In this document: in pieces, positions 23,801-38,800 of the stretch
Layout: the number at the start of each line of letters is the position of its first letter
Position numbering within the stretch: position 1 is the stretch's first letter
From: Eledone cirrhosa
Taxonomy: Eukaryota
NCBI GenBank assembly: GCA_964016885.1
Contig: OZ024743.1
Span: 2,852,001 to 2,916,000, forward strand
Direction: 5' to 3'
DNA: 64,000 nt
The notes under the pieces: generated by a model
Told to the model about the DNA's origin: nothing
Database searches by the model: none
Seen by the model: the letters and a program-made list of their open reading frames with translations, nothing else
Made by a program: the position numbers and the translations under genes

Positions 23801-26800
23801 ACAACAGTTAGCACCCAGTTGTCCCTGTAAGGTGGTTGTTTGCAGACAACAGTTAGCACGCAGTTGTCCATGTAAAGTGGTTGTGCTGGAGACAACAGTT
23901 AGCACCCAGTTGTCCCTGTAAAGTGGTTGTCTGCAGACAACAGTTAGCACCCAGTTGTCCCTGTAAGCTGGTTGTGCTGAAGACAACAGTCAGCACCCAG
24001 TTGTCCCTGTAAGGTGGTTGTGCTGGAGACAACAGTTAGCACCCAGTTGTCCCTGTAAGGTGGTTGTGCTGGAGACAACAGTTAGCACCCAGTTGTCCCT
24101 GTAAGGTGGTTGTGCTGCAGACAACAGTCAGCACCCAGTTGTCCCTGTAAGGTGGTTGTGCTGGAGACAACAGTTAGCACCCAGTTGTCCCTGTAAGGTG
24201 GTTGTGCTGGAGACAACAGTTAGCACCCAGTTCACCCTGTAAGGTGGTTGTGCTGGAGACAACAGTCAGCACCCAGTTGTCCCTGTAAGGTGCTTGTGCT
24301 GGAGACAACAGTTAGCACCCAGTTGTCCCTGTAAAGTGGTTGTCTGCAGACAACAGTTAGCACCCAGTTGTCCCTGTAAGGTGGTTGTGCTGGAGACAAC
24401 AGTCAGCACCCAGTTGTCCCTGTAAGGTGGTTGTCTGCAGACAACAGTTAGCACCCAGTTGTCCCTGTAAGGTGGTTGTGCTGAAGACAACAGTTAGCAC
24501 CCAGTTCACCCTGTAAGGTGGTTGTCTGCAGACAACAGTTAGCACCCAGTTGTCCCTGTAAAGTGGTTGTGCTGAAGACAACAGTTAGCACCCAGTTCAC
24601 CCTGTAAGGTGGTTGTCTGCAGACAACAGTTAGCACCCAGTTGTCCCTGTAAAGTGGTTGTGCTGAAGACAACAGTTAGCACCCAGTTCACCCTGTAAGG
24701 TGGTTGTCTGCAGACAACAGATAGCACCCAGTTGTCCCTGTAAGGTGCTTGTTCTGAAGACAACAGTTAGCACCCAGTTCACCGTGTAAGGTGGTTGTCT
24801 GCAGACAACAGTTAGCACCCAGTTGTCCCTGTAAGGTGGTTGTGCTGGAGAGAACAGTCAGCACCCAGTTGTCCCTGTAAAGTGGTTGTGCTGGAGACAA
24901 CAGTTAGCACCCAGTTGTCCCTGTAAGGTGGTTGTGCTGAAGACAACAGTTAGCACCCAGTTGTCCCTGTAAAGTGGTTGTGCTGCAGACAAGTTAGCAC
25001 CCAGTTGTCCCTGTAAAGTGGTTGTGCTGGAGACAACAGTTAGCACCCAGTTGTCCCTGTAAAGTGGTTGTGCTGGAGACAACAGTTAGCACCCAATTGT
25101 CCCTGTAAGATGGTTGTGCTGAAGACAACAGTTAGCACCCAGTTGTCCCTGTAAAGTGGTTGTGCTGGAGACAACAGTTAGCACCCAGTTGTCCCTGTAA
25201 AGTGGTTGTGCTGGAGACAACAGTTAGCACCCAGTTGTCCCTGTAAGGTGGTTGTGCTGAAGACAACAGTTAGCACCCAGTTGTCCCTGTAAAGTGGTTG
25301 TGCTGGAGACAACAGTTAGCACCCAGTTGTCCCTGGAAAGTGGTTGTGCTGCAGACAACAGTTAGCACCCAGTTGTCCCTGTAAAGTGGTTGTGCTGCAG
25401 ACAACAGTTAGCACCCAGTTGTCCCTGTAAAGTAGTTGTGCTGCAGACAACAGTTAGCACCCAGTTGTCCCTGTAAAGTGGTTGTGCTGGAGACAACAGT
25501 TAGCACCCAGTTGTCCCTGTAAAATGGTTGTGCTGGAGACAACAGTTAGCACCCAGTTGTCCCTGTAAAGTGGTTGTGCTGGAGACAACAGTTAGCACCC
25601 AGTTGTCCCTGTAAAGTGGTTGTGCTGGAGACAACAGTTAGCACCCAGTTGTCCCTGTAAAGTGGTTGTGCTGGAGACAACAGTTAGCACCCAGTTGTCC
25701 CTGTAAAGTGGTTGTGCTGAAGACAACAGTTAGCACCCAGTTGTCCCTGTAAAGTGGTTGTCTGCAGACAACAGTTAGCACCCAGTTGTCCCTGTAAGGT
25801 GGTTGTGCTGGAGACAACAGTTAGCACCCAGTTGTCCCTGTAAAGTGGTTGTGCTGAAGACAACAGTTAGCACCCAGTTGTCCCTGTAAAGTGGTTGTCT
25901 GCAGACAACAGTTAGCACCCAGTTGTCCCTGTAAGGTGGTTGTGCTGGAGACAACAGTTAGCACCCAGTTGTCCCTGTAAAGTGGTTGTGCTGAAGACAA
26001 CAGTTAGCACCCAGTTGTCCCTGTAAAGTGGTTGTGCTGGAGACAACAGTTAGCACTCAGTCGTCCCTGTAAGGTGGTTGTGCTGGAGACAACAGTCAGC
26101 ACCCAGTTCACCCTGTAAGGTGGTTGTGCTGGAGACAACAGTCAGCACCCAGTTCACCCTGTAAAGGTGGTTGTCTGCAGACAACAGTTAGCACCCAGTT
26201 GTCCCTGTAAGGTGGTTGTGCTGGAGACAACAGTTAGCACCCAGTTCACCCTGTAAGGTGGTTGTGCTGGAGACAACAGTCAGCACCCAGTTCACCCTGT
26301 AAGGTGGTTGTCTGCAGACAACAGTTAGCACCCAGTTGTCCCTGTAAGGTGGTTGTCTGCAGACAACAGTTAGCACCCAGTTGTCCCTGTAAGGTGGTTG
26401 TGCTGGAGACAACAGTTAGCACCCAGTTGTCCCTGTAAGGTGGTTGTGCTGAAGACAACAGTTAGCACCCAGTTGTCCCTGTAAAGTGGTTGTGCTGGAG
26501 ACAACAGTTAGCACCCAGTTCACCCTGTAAGGTGGTTGTGATGGAGACAACAGTCAGCACCCAGTTCACCCTGTAAGGTGGTTGTCTGCAGACAACAGTT
26601 AGCACCCAGTTGACCCTGTAAGGTGGTTGTGCTGGAGACAACAGTTAGCCCCCAGTTCACCCTGTAAAGTGGTTGTGCTGGAGACAACAGTTAGCACCCA
26701 GTTGTCCCTGTAAGGTGGTTGTCTGCAGACAACAGTTAGCACCCAGTTCACCCTGTAAAGTGGTTGTGCTGGAGACAACAGTTAGCACCCAGTTGTCCCT

Positions 26801-29800
26801 GTAAAGTGGTTGTGCTGGAGACAACAGTTAGCACCCAGTTGTCCCTGTAAAGTGGTTGTGCTGGAGACAACAGTTAGCACCCAGTTGTCCCTGTAAAGTG
26901 GTTGTGCTGGAGACAACAGTTAGCACCCAGTTGTCCCTGTAAAGTGGTTGTGCTGGAGACAACAGTTAGCACCCAGTTGTCCCTGTAAAGTGGTTGTGCT
27001 GGAGACAACAGTTAGCACCCAGTTGTCCTTGTAAGGTGGTTGTGCTGGAGACAACAGTCAGCACCCAGTTGTCCATGTAAGGAGGTTGTGCTGGAGACAA
27101 CAGTTAGCACCCAGTTGTCCCTGTAAAGTGGTTGTGCTGGAGACAACAGTTAGCACCCAGTTGTCCCTGTAAAGTGGTTGTGCTGGAGACCACAGTTAGC
27201 ACCCAGTTGTCCCTGTAAGGTGGTTGTTTGCAGACAACAGTTAGCACCCAGTTGTCCCTGTAAAGTGGTTGTGCTGAAGACAACAGTTAGCACCCAGTTG
27301 TCGCTGTAAGGTGGTTGTGCTGAAGACAACAGTTAGCACCCAGTTGTCCCTGTAAAGTGGTTTTGCTGGAGACAACAGTTAGCACCCAGTTGTCCCTGTA
27401 AAGTGGTTGTGCTGGAGACAACAGTCAGCACCCAGCTGTCCCTGTAAAGTGGTTGTGCTGGAGACAACAGTCAGCACCCAGTTGTCCCTGTAAAGTGGTT
27501 GTGCTGGAGACAACAGTTAGCACCCAGTTGTCCCTGTAAGGTGGTTGTGCTGGAGACAACAGTTAGCACCCAGTTGTCCCTGTAAAGTGGTTGTGCTGGA
27601 GACAACAGTTAGCACCCAGTTGTCCCTGTAAGGTGGTTGTGCTGCAGACAACAGTTAGCACCCAGTTGTCCCTGTAAAGTGGTTGTGCTGGAGACAACAG
27701 TTAGCACCCAGTTCACCCTGTAAGGTGGTTGTGATGGAGACAACAGTTAGCACCCAGTTGTCCCTGTAAAGTGGTTGTGCTGGAGACAACAGTCAGCACC
27801 CAGTTGTCCCTGTAAGGTGGTTGTGCTGGAGACAACAGTTAGCACCCACTTGTCCCTGTAAGGTGGTTGTGCTGGAGACAACAGTTAGCACCCAGTTGTC
27901 CCTGTAAGGTGGTTGTGCTGGAGACAACAGTTAGCACCCAGTTGTCCCTGTAAGGTGGTTGTGCTGGAGACAACAGTTAGCACCCAGTTGTCCCTGTAAG
28001 GTGGTTGTCTGCAGACAACAGTTAGCACCGAGTTGTCCCTGTAAGGTGGTTGTGCTGGAGACAACAGTTAGCACCCAGTTGTCCCTGTGAGGTGGTTGTG
28101 CTGAAGACAACAGTTAGCACCCAGTTGTCCCTGTAAGGTGGTTGTCTGCAGACAACAGTTAGCACCCAGTTGTCCCTGTAAGGTGGTTGTGCTGGAGACA
28201 ACAGTCAGCACCCAGTTGTCCCTGTAAGGTGGTTGTGCTGGAGACAACAGTTAGCACCCAGTTGTCCCTGTAAAGTGGTTGTGCTGCAGACAACAGTTAG
28301 CACCCAGTTGTCCCTGTAAAGTGGTTGTGCTGGAGACAACAGTTAGCACCCAGTTGTCCCTGTAAAGTGGTTGTGCTTGAGACAACAGTTAGCACCCAGT
28401 TGTCCCTGTAAGGTGGTTGTTTGCAGACAACAGTTAGCACGCAGTTGTCCATGTAAAGTGGTTGTGCTGGAGACAACAGTTAGCACCCAGTTGTCCCTGT
28501 AAAGTGGTTGTCTGCAGACAACAGTTAGCACCCAGTTGTCCCTGTAAGCTGGTTGTGCTGAAGACAACAGTCAGCACCCAGTTGTCCCTGTAAGGTGGTT
28601 GTGCTGGAGACAACAGTTAGCACCCAGTTGTCCCTGTAAGGTGGTTGTGCTGGAGACAACAGTTAGCACCCAGTTGTCCCTGTAAGGTGGTTGTGCTGCA
28701 GACAACAGTCAGCACCCAGTTGTCCCTGTAAGGTGGTTGTGCTGGAGACAACAGTTAGCACCCAGTTGTCCCTGTAAGGTGGTTGTGCTGGAGACAACAG
28801 TTAGCACCCAGTTCACCCTGTAAAGGTGGTTGTCTGCAGACAACAGTTAGCACCCAGTTGTCCCTGTAAGGTGGTTGTGCTGGAGACAACAGTTAGCACC
28901 CAGTTCACCCTGTAAGGTGGTTGTGCTGGAGACAACAGTCAGCACCCAGTTCACCCTGTAAGGTGGTTGTCTGCAGACAACAGTTAGCACCCAGTTGTCC
29001 CTGTAAGGTGGTTGTCTGCAGACAACAGTTAGCACCCAGTTGTCCCTGTAAGGTGGTTGTGCTGGAGACAACAGTTAGCACCCAGTTGTCCCTGTAAGGT
29101 GGTTGTGCTGAAGACAACAGTTAGCACCCAGTTGTCCCTGTAAAGTGGTTGTGCTGGAGACAACAGTTAGCACCCAGTTCACCCTGTAAGGTGGTTGTGA
29201 TGGAGACAACAGTCAGCACCCAGTTCACCCTGTAAGGTGGTTGTCTGCAGACAACAGTTAGCACCCAGTTCACCCTGTAAAGTGGTTGTGCTGGAGACAA
29301 CAGTTAGCACCCAGTTGTCCCTGTAAAGTGGTTGTGCTGGAGACAACAGTTAGCACCCAGTTGTCCCTGTAAAGTGGTTGTGCTGGAGACAACAGTTAGC
29401 ACCCAGTTGTCCCTGTAAAGTGGTTGTGCTGGAGACAACAGTTAGCACCCAGTTGTCCCTGTAAAGTGGTTGTGCTGGAGACAACAGTTAGCACCCAGTT
29501 GTCCCTGTAAAGTGGTTGTGCTGGAGACAACAGTTAGCACCCAGTTGTCCTTGTAAGGTGGTTGTGCTGGAGACAACAGTCAGCACCCAGTTGTCCATGT
29601 AAGGAGGTTGTGCTGGAGACAACAGTTAGCACCCAGTTGTCCCTGTAAAGTGGTTGTGCTGGAGACAACAGTTAGCACCCAGTTGTCCCTGTAAAGTGGT
29701 TGTGCTGGAGACCACAGTTAGCACCCAGTTGTCCCTGTAAGGTGGTTGTTTGCAGACAACAGTTAGCACCCAGTTGTCCCTGTAAAGTGGTTGTGCTGAA

Positions 29801-32800
29801 GACAACAGTTAGCACCCAGTTGTCCCTGTAAGGTGGTTGTGCTGAAGACAACAGTTAGCACCCAGTTGTCCCTGTAAAGTGGTTTTGCTGGAGACAACAG
29901 TTAGCACCCAGTTGTCCCTGTAAAGTGGTTGTGCTGGAGACAACAGTCAGCACCCAGCTGTCCCTGTAAAGTGGTTGTGCTGGAGACAACAGTCAGCACC
30001 CAGTTGTCCCTGTAAAGTGGTTGTGCTGGAGACAACAGTTAGCACCCAGTTGTCCCTGTAAGGTGGTTGTGCTGGAGACAACAGTTAGCACCCAGTTGTC
30101 CCTGTAAAGTGGTTGTGCTGGAGACAACAGTTAGCACCCAGTTGTCCCTGTAAGGTGGTTGTGCTGCAGACAACAGTTAGCACCCAGTTGTCCCTGTAAA
30201 GTGGTTGTGCTGGAGACAACAGTTAGCACCCAGTTCACCCTGTAAGGTGGTTGTGATGGAGACAACAGTTAGCACCCAGTTGTCCCTGTAAAGTGGTTGT
30301 GCTGGAGACAACAGTCAGCACCCAGTTGTCCCTGTAAGGTGGTTGTGCTGGAGACAACAGTTAGCACCCACTTGTCCCTGTAAGGTGGTTGTGCTGGAGA
30401 CAACAGTTAGCACCCAGTTGTCCCTGTAAGGTGGTTGTGCTGGAGACAACAGTTAGCACCCAGTTGTCCCTGTAAGGTGGTTGTGCTGGAGACAACAGTT
30501 AGCACCCAGTTGTCCCTGTAAGGTGGTTGTCTGCAGACAACAGTTAGCACCGAGTTGTCCCTGTAAGGTGGTTGTGCTGGAGACAACAGTTAGCACCCAG
30601 TTGTCCCTGTGAGGTGGTTGTGCTGAAGACAACAGTTAGCACCCAGTTGTCCCTGTAAGGTGGTTGTCTGCAGACAACAGTTAGCACCCAGTTGTCCCTG
30701 TAAGGTGGTTGTGCTGGAGACAACAGTCAGCACCCAGTTGTCCCTGTAAGGTGGTTGTGCTGGAGACAACAGTTAGCACCCAGTTGTCCCTGTAAAGTGG
30801 TTGTGCTGCAGACAACAGTTAGCACCCAGTTGTCCCTGTAAAGTGGTTGTGCTGGAGACAACAGTTAGCACCCAGTTGTCCCTGTAAAGTGGTTGTGCTT
30901 GAGACAACAGTTAGCACCCAGTTGTCCCTGTAAGGTGGTTGTTTGCAGACAACAGTTAGCACGCAGTTGTCCATGTAAAGTGGTTGTGCTGGAGACAACA
31001 GTTAGCACCCAGTTGTCCCTGTAAAGTGGTTGTCTGCAGACAACAGTTAGCACCCAGTTGTCCCTGTAAGCTGGTTGTGCTGAAGACAACAGTCAGCACC
31101 CAGTTGTCCCTGTAAGGTGGTTGTGCTGGAGACAACAGTTAGCACCCAGTTGTCCCTGTAAGGTGGTTGTGCTGGAGACAACAGTTAGCACCCAGTTGTC
31201 CCTGTAAGGTGGTTGTGCTGCAGACAACAGTCAGCACCCAGTTGTCCCTGTAAGGTGGTTGTGCTGGAGACAACAGTTAGCACCCAGTTGTCCCTGTAAG
31301 GTGGTTGTGCTGGAGACAACAGTTAGCACCCAGTTCACCCTGTAAGGTGGTTGTGCTGGAGACAACAGTCAGCACCCAGTTGTCCCTGTAAGGTGCTTGT
31401 GCTGGAGACAACAGTTAGCACCCAGTTGTCCCTGTAAAGTGGTTGTCTGCAGACAACAGTTAGCACCCAGTTGTCCCTGTAAGGTGGTTGTGCTGGAGAC
31501 AACAGTCAGCACCCAGTTGTCCCTGTAAGGTGGTTGTCTGCAGACAACAGTTAGCACCCAGTTGTCCCTGTAAGGTGGTTGTGCTGAAGACAACAGTTAG
31601 CACCCAGTTCACCCTGTAAGGTGGTTGTCTGCAGACAACAGTTAGCACCCAGTTGTCCCTGTAAAGTGGTTGTGCTGAAGACAACAGTTAGCACCCAGTT
31701 CACCCTGTAAGGTGGTTGTCTGCAGACAACAGTTAGCACCCAGTTGTCCCTGTAAAGTGGTTGTGCTGAAGACAACAGTTAGCACCCAGTTCACCCTGTA
31801 AGGTGGTTGTCTGCAGACAACAGTTAGCACCCAGTTGTCCCTGTAAGGTGCTTGTTCTGAAGACAACAGTTAGCACCCAGTTCACCCTGTAAGGTGGTTG
31901 TCTGCAGACAACAGTTAGCACCCAGTTGTCCCTGTAAGGTGGTTGTGCTGGAGAGAACAGTCAGCACCCAGTTGTCCCTGTAAAGTGGTTGTGCTGGAGA
32001 CAACAGTTAGCACCCAGTTGTCCCTGTAAGGTGGTTGTGCTGAAGACAACAGTTAGCACCCAGTTGTCCCTGTAAAGTGGTTGTGCTGCAGACAAGTTAG
32101 CACCCAGTTGTCCCTGTAAAGTGGTTGTGCTGGAGACAACAGTTAGCACCCAATTGTCCCTGTAAGATGGTTGTGCTGAAGACAACAGTTAGCACCCAGT
32201 TGTCCCTGTAAAGTGGTTGTGCTGGAGACAACAGTTAGCACCCAGTTGTCCCTGTAAAGTGGTTGTGCTGGAGACAACAGTTAGCACCCAGTTGTCCCTG
32301 TAAGGTGGTTGTGCTGAAGACAACAGTTAGCACCCAGTTGTCCCTGTAAAGTGGTTGTGCTGGAGACAACAGTTAGCACCCAGTTGTCCCTGTAAAGTGG
32401 TTGTGCTGCAGACAACAGTTAGCACCCAGTTGTCCCTGTAAAGTGGTTGTGCTGCAGACAACAGTTAGCACCCAGTTGTCCCTGTAAAGTAGTTGTGCTG
32501 CAGACAACAGTTAGCACCCAGTTGTCCCTGTAAAGTGGTTGTGCTGGAGACAACAGTTAGCACCCAGTTGTCCCTGTAAAATGGTTGTGCTGGAGACAAC
32601 AGTTAGCACCCAGTTGTCCCTGTAAAGTGGTTGTGCTGGAGACAACAGTTAGCACCCAGTTGTCCCTGTAAAGTGGTTGTGCTGGAGACAACAGTTAGCA
32701 CCCAGTTGTCCCTGTAAAGTGGTTGTGCTGGAGACAACAGTTAGCACCCAGTTGTCCCTGTAAAGTGGTTGTGCTGAAGACAACAGTTAGCACCCAGTTG

Positions 32801-35800
32801 TCCCTGTAAAGTGGTTGTCTGCAGACAACAGTTAGCACCCAGTTGTCCCTGTAAGGTGGTTGTGCTGGAGACAACAGTTAGCACCCAGTTGTCCCTGTAA
32901 AGTGGTTGTGCTGAAGACAACAGTTAGCACCCAGTTGTCCCTGTAAAGTGGTTGTCTGCAGACAACAGTTAGCACCCAGTTGTCCCTGTAAGGTGGTTGT
33001 GCTGGAGACAACAGTTAGCACCCAGTTGTCCCTGTAAAGTGGTTGTGCTGAAGACAACAGTTAGCACCCAGTTGTCCCTGTAAAGTGGTTGTGCTGGAGA
33101 CAACAGTTAGCACTCAGTCGTCCCTGTAAGGTGGTTGTGCTGGAGACAACAGTCAGCACCCAGTTCACCCTGTAAGGTGGTTGTGCTGGAGACAACAGTC
33201 AGCACCCAGTTCACCCTGTAAAGGTGGTTGTCTGCAGACAACAGTTAGCACCCAGTTGTCCCTGTAAGGTGGTTGTGCTGGAGACAACAGTTAGCACCCA
33301 GTTCACCCTGTAAGGTGGTTGTGCTGGAGACAACAGTCAGCACCCAGTTCACCCTGTAAGGTGGTTGTCTGCAGACAACAGTTAGCACCCAGTTGTCCCT
33401 GTAAGGTGGTTGTCTGCAGACAACAGTTAGCACCCAGTTGTCCCTGTAAGGTGGTTGTGCTGGAGACAACAGTTAGCACCCAGTTGTCCCTGTAAGGTGG
33501 TTGTGCTGAAGACAACAGTTAGCACCCAGTTGTCCCTGTAAAGTGGTTGTGCTGGAGACAACAGTTAGCACCCAGTTCACCCTGTAAGGTGGTTGTGATG
33601 GAGACAACAGTCAGCACCCAGTTCACCCTGTAAGGTGGTTGTCTGCAGACAACAGTTAGCACCCAGTTGTCCCTGTAAGGTGGTTGTGCTGGAGACAACA
33701 GTTAGCCCCCAGTTCACCCTGTAAAGTGGTTGTGCTGGAGACAACAGTTAGCACCCAGTTGTCCCTGTAAGGTGGTTGTCTGCAGACAACAGTTAGCACC
33801 CAGTTCACCCTGTAAAGTGGTTGTGCTGGAGACAACAGTTAGCACCCAGTTGTCCCTGTAAAGTGGTTGTGCTGGAGACAACAGTTAGCACCCAGTTGTC
33901 CCTGTAAAGTGGTTGTGCTGGAGACAACAGTTAGCACCCAGCTGTCCCTGTAAAGTGGTTGTGCTGGAGACAACAGTTAGCACCCAGTTGTCCCTGTAAA
34001 GTGGTTGTGCTGGAGACAACAGTTAGCACCCAGTTGTCCCTGTAAAGTGGTTGTGCTGGAGACAACAGTTAGCACCCAGTTGTCCTTGTAAGGTGGTTGT
34101 GCTGGAGACAACAGTCAGCACCCAGTTGTCCATGTAAGGAGGTTGTGCTGGAGACAACAGTTAGCACCCAGTTGTCCCTGTAAAGTGGTTGTGCTGGAGA
34201 CAACAGTTAGCACCCAGTTGTCCCTGTAAAGTGGTTGTGCTGGAGACCACAGTTAGCACCCAGTTGTCCCTGTAAGGTGGTTGTTTGCAGACAACAGTTA
34301 GCACCCAGTTGTCCCTGTAAAGTGGTTGTGCTGAAGACAACAGTTAGCACCCAGTTGTCCCTGTAAGGTGGTTGTGCTGAAGACAACAGTTAGCACCCAG
34401 TTGTCCCTGTAAAGTGGTTTTGCTGGAGACAACAGTCAGCACCCAGTTGTCCCTGTAAAGTGGTTGTGCTGGAGACAACAGTTAGCACCCAGTTGTCCCT
34501 GTAAGGTGGTTGTGCTGGAGACAACAGTTAGCACCCAGTTGTCCCTGTAAAGTGGTTGTGCTGGAGACAACAGTTAGCACCCAGTTGTCCCTGTAAGGTG
34601 GTTGTGCTGCAGACAACAGTTAGCACCCAGTTGTCCCTGTAAGGTGGTTGTGCTGGAGACAACAGTTAGCACCCAGTTGTCCCTGTAAAGTGGTTGTCTG
34701 CAGACAACAGTTAGCACCCAGTTGTCCCTGTAAGCTGGTTGTGCTGAAGACAACAGTCAGCACCCAGTTGTCCCTGTAAGGTGGTTGTGCTGGAGACAAC
34801 AGTTAGCACCCAGTTGTCCCTGTAAGGTGGTTGTGCTGGAGACAACAGTTAGCACCCAGTTGTCCCTGTAAGGTGGTTGTGCTGAAGACAACAGTCAGCA
34901 CCCAGTTGTCCCTGTAAAGTGGTTGTGCTGGAGACAACAGTTAGCACCCAGTTGTCCCTGTAAGGTGGTTGTGCTGGAGACAACAGTTAGCACCCAGTTC
35001 ACCCTGTAAGGTGGTTGTGCTGGAGACAACAGTCAGCACCCAGTTGTCCCTGTAAGGTGCTTGTGCTGGAGACAACAGTTAGCACCCAGTTGTCCCTGTA
35101 AAGTGGTTGTCTGCAGACAACAGTTAGCACCCAGTTGTCCCTGTAAGGTGGTTGTGCTGGAGACAACAGTCAGCACCCAGTTGTCCCTGTAAGGTGGTTG
35201 TCTGCAGACAACAGTTAGCACCCAGTTCACCCTGTAAGGTGGTTGTCTGCAGACAACAGTTAGCACCCAGTTGTCCCTGTAAAGTGGTTGTGCTGAAGAC
35301 AACAGTTAGCACCCAGTTCACCCTGTAAGGTGGTTGTCTGCAGACAACAGTTAGCACCCAGTTGTCCCTGTAAAGTGGTTGTGCTGAAGACAACAGTTAG
35401 CACCCAGTTCACCCTGTAAGGTGGTTGTCTGCAGACAACAGTTAGCACCCAGTTGTCCCTGTAAGGTGCTTGTTCTGAAGACAACAGTTAGCACCCAGTT
35501 CACCCTGTAAGGTGGTTGTCTGCAGACAACAGTTAGCACCCAGTTGTCCCTGTAAGGTGGTTGTGCTGGAGAGAACAGTCAGCACCCAGTTGTCCCTGTA
35601 AAGTGGTTGTGCTGGAGACAACAGTTAGCACCCAGTTGTCCCTGTAAGGTGGTTGTGCTGAAGACAACAGTTAGCACCCAGTTGTCCCTGTAAAGTGGTT
35701 GTGCTGGAGACAACAGTTAGCACCCAGTTGTCCCTGTAAAGTGGTTGTGCTGCAGACAACAGTTAGCACCCAGTTGTCCCTGTAAAGTGGTTGTGCTGGA

Positions 35801-38800
35801 GACAACAGTTAGCACCCAGTTGTCCCTGTAAAGTGGTTGTGCTGGAGACAACAGTTAGCACCCAGTTGTCCCTGTAAAGTGGTTGTGCTGGAGACAACAG
35901 TTAGCACCCAGTTGTCCCTGTAAAGTGGTTGTGCTGGAGACAACAGTTAGCACCCAGTTGTCCCTGTAAAGTGGTTGTGCTGGAGACAACAGTTAGCACC
36001 CAGTTGTCCCTGTAAGGTGGTTGTGCTGAAGACAATAGTTAGCACCCAGTTGTCCCTGTAAAGTGGTTGTGCTGGAGACAACAGTTAGCACCCAGTTGTC
36101 CCTGTAAAGTGGTTGTGCTGCAGACAACAGTTAGCACCCAGTTGTCCCTGTAAAGTGGTTGTGCTGCAGACAACAGTTAGCACCCAGTTGTCCCTGTAAA
36201 GTAGTTGTGCTGCAGACAACAGTTAGCACCCAGTTGTCCCTGTAAAGTGGTTGTGCTGGAGACAACAGTTAGCACCCAGTTGTCCCTGTAAAATGGTTGT
36301 GCTGGAGACAACAGTTAGCACCCAGTTGTCCCTGTAAAGTGGTTGTGCTGGAGACAACAGTTAGCACCCAGTTGTCCCTGTAAAGTGGTTGTGCTGGAGA
36401 CAACAGTTAGCACCCAGTTGTCCCTGTAAAGTGGTTGTGCTGGAGACAACAGTTAGCACCCAGTTGTCCCTGTAAAGTGGTTGTGCTGGAGACAACAGTT
36501 AGCACCCAGTTGTCCCTGTAAAGTGGTTGTGCTGAAGACAACAGTTAGCACCCAGTTGTCCCTGTAAAGTGGTTGTCTGCAGACAACAGTTAGCACCCAG
36601 TTGTCCCTGTAAGGTGGTTGTGCTGGAGACAACAGTTAGCACCCAGTTGTCCCTGTAAAGTGGTTGTGCTGAAGACAACAGTTAGCACCCAGTTGTCCCT
36701 GTAAAGTGGTTGTCTGCAGACAACAGTTAGCACCCAGTTGTCCCTGTAAGGTGGTTGTGCTGGAGACAACAGTTAGCACCCAGTTCACCCTGTAAGGTGG
36801 TTGTGCTGGAGACAACAGTCAGCACCCAGTTCACCCTGTAAGGTGGTTGTCTGCAGACAACAGTTAGCACCCAGTTGTCCCTGTAAGGTGGTTTTACTGG
36901 AGACAACAGTTAGCACCCAGTTGTCCCTGTAAGGTGGTTGTACTGGAGACAACAGTTAGCACCCAGTTCACCCTGTAAGGTAGTTGTGCTGGAGACAACA
37001 GTCAGCACCCAGTTCACCCTGTAAGGTGGTTGTCTGCAGACAACAGTTAGCACCCAGTTGTCCCTGTAAGGTGGTTGTCTGCAGACAACAGTTAGCACCC
37101 CGTTGTCCCTGTAAGGTGGTTGTCTGCAGACAACAGTTAGCACCCAGTTGTCCCTGTAAGGTGGTTGTGCTGGAGACAACAGTTAGCACCCAGTTGTCCC
37201 TGTAAGGTGGTTGTGCTGAAGACAACAGTTAGCACCCAGTTGTCCCTGTAAAGTGGTTGTGCTGGAGACAACAGTTAGCACCCAGTTCACCCTGTAAGGT
37301 GGTTGTGATGGAGACAACAGTCAGCACCCAGTTCACCCTGTAAGGTGGTTGTCTGCAGACAACAGTTAGCACCCAGTTGTCCCTGTAAGGTGGTTGTGCT
37401 GGAGACAACAGTTAGCCCCCAGTTCACCCTGTAAGGTGGTTGTCTGCAGTCAACAGTTAGCACCCAGTTCACCCTGTAAAGTGGTTGTGCTGGAGACAAC
37501 AGTTAGCACCCAGTTGTCCCTGTAAGGTGGTTGTCTGCAGACAACAGTTAGCACCCAGTTCACCCTGTAAAGTGGTTGTGCTGGAGACAACAGTTAGCAC
37601 CCAGTTGTCCCTGTAAAGTGGTTGTGCTGGAGACAACAGTTAGCACCCAGTTGTCCCTGTAAGGTGGTTGTGCTGGAGACAACAGTTAGCACCCAGTTGT
37701 CCCTGTAAGGTGGTTGTGCTGGAGACAACAGTTAGCACCCAGTTCACCCTGTAAAGTGGTTGTGCTGGAGACAACAGTCAGCACCCAGTTGTCCCTGTAA
37801 GGTGGTTGTCTGCAGACAAGTTAGCACCCAGTTGTCCCTGTAAGGTGGTTGTCTGCAGACAACAGTTAGCACCCAGTTCACCCTGTAAGGTGGTTGTGCT
37901 GGAGACAACAGTTAGCACCCAGTTGTCCCTGTAAGGTGGTTGTGCTGGAGACAACAGTTAGCACCCAGTTCACCCTGTAAGGTGGTTGTGCTGGAGACAA
38001 CAGTCAGCACCCAGTTCACCACGTAAGGTGGTTGTCTGCAGACAACAGTTAGCACCCAGTTGTCCCTGTAAGGTGGTTGTGCTGGAGACAACAGTTAGCA
38101 CCCAGTTCACCCTGTAAGGTGGTTGTGCTGGAGACAACAGTCAGCACCCAGTTGTCCCTGTAAAGTGGTTGTGCTGGAGACAACAGTTAGCACCCAGTTG
38201 TCCCTGTAAGGTGGTTGTCTGCAGACAACAGTTAGCACCCAGTTCACCCTGTAAAGTGGTTGTGCTGGAGACAACAGTTAGCACCCAGTTGTCCCTGTAA
38301 AGTGGTTGTGCTGGAGACAACAGTTAGCACCCAGTTGTCCCTGTAAAGTGGTTGTGCTGGAGACAACAGTTAGCACCCAGTTGTCCCTGTAAAGTGGTTG
38401 TGCTGGAGACAACAGTTAGCACCCAGTTGTCCCTGTAAAGTGGTTGTGCTGGAGACAACAGTTAGCACCCAGTTGTCCCTGTAAAGTGGTTGTGCTGGAG
38501 ACAACAGTTAGCACCCAGTTGTCCTTGTAAGGTGGTTGTGCTGGAGACAACAGTCAGCACCCAGTTGTCCATGTAAGGAGGTTGTGCTGGAGACAACAGT
38601 TAGCACCCAGTTGTCCCTGTAAAGTGGTTGTGCTGGAGACAACAGTTAGCACCCAGTTGTCCCTGTAAGGTGGTTGTGCTGCAGACAACAGTTAGCACCC
38701 AGTTGTCCCTGTAAGGTGGTTGTGCTGGAGACAACAGTTAGCACCCAGTTGTCCCTGTAAAGTGGTTGTCTGCAGACAACAGTTAGCACCCAGTTGTCCC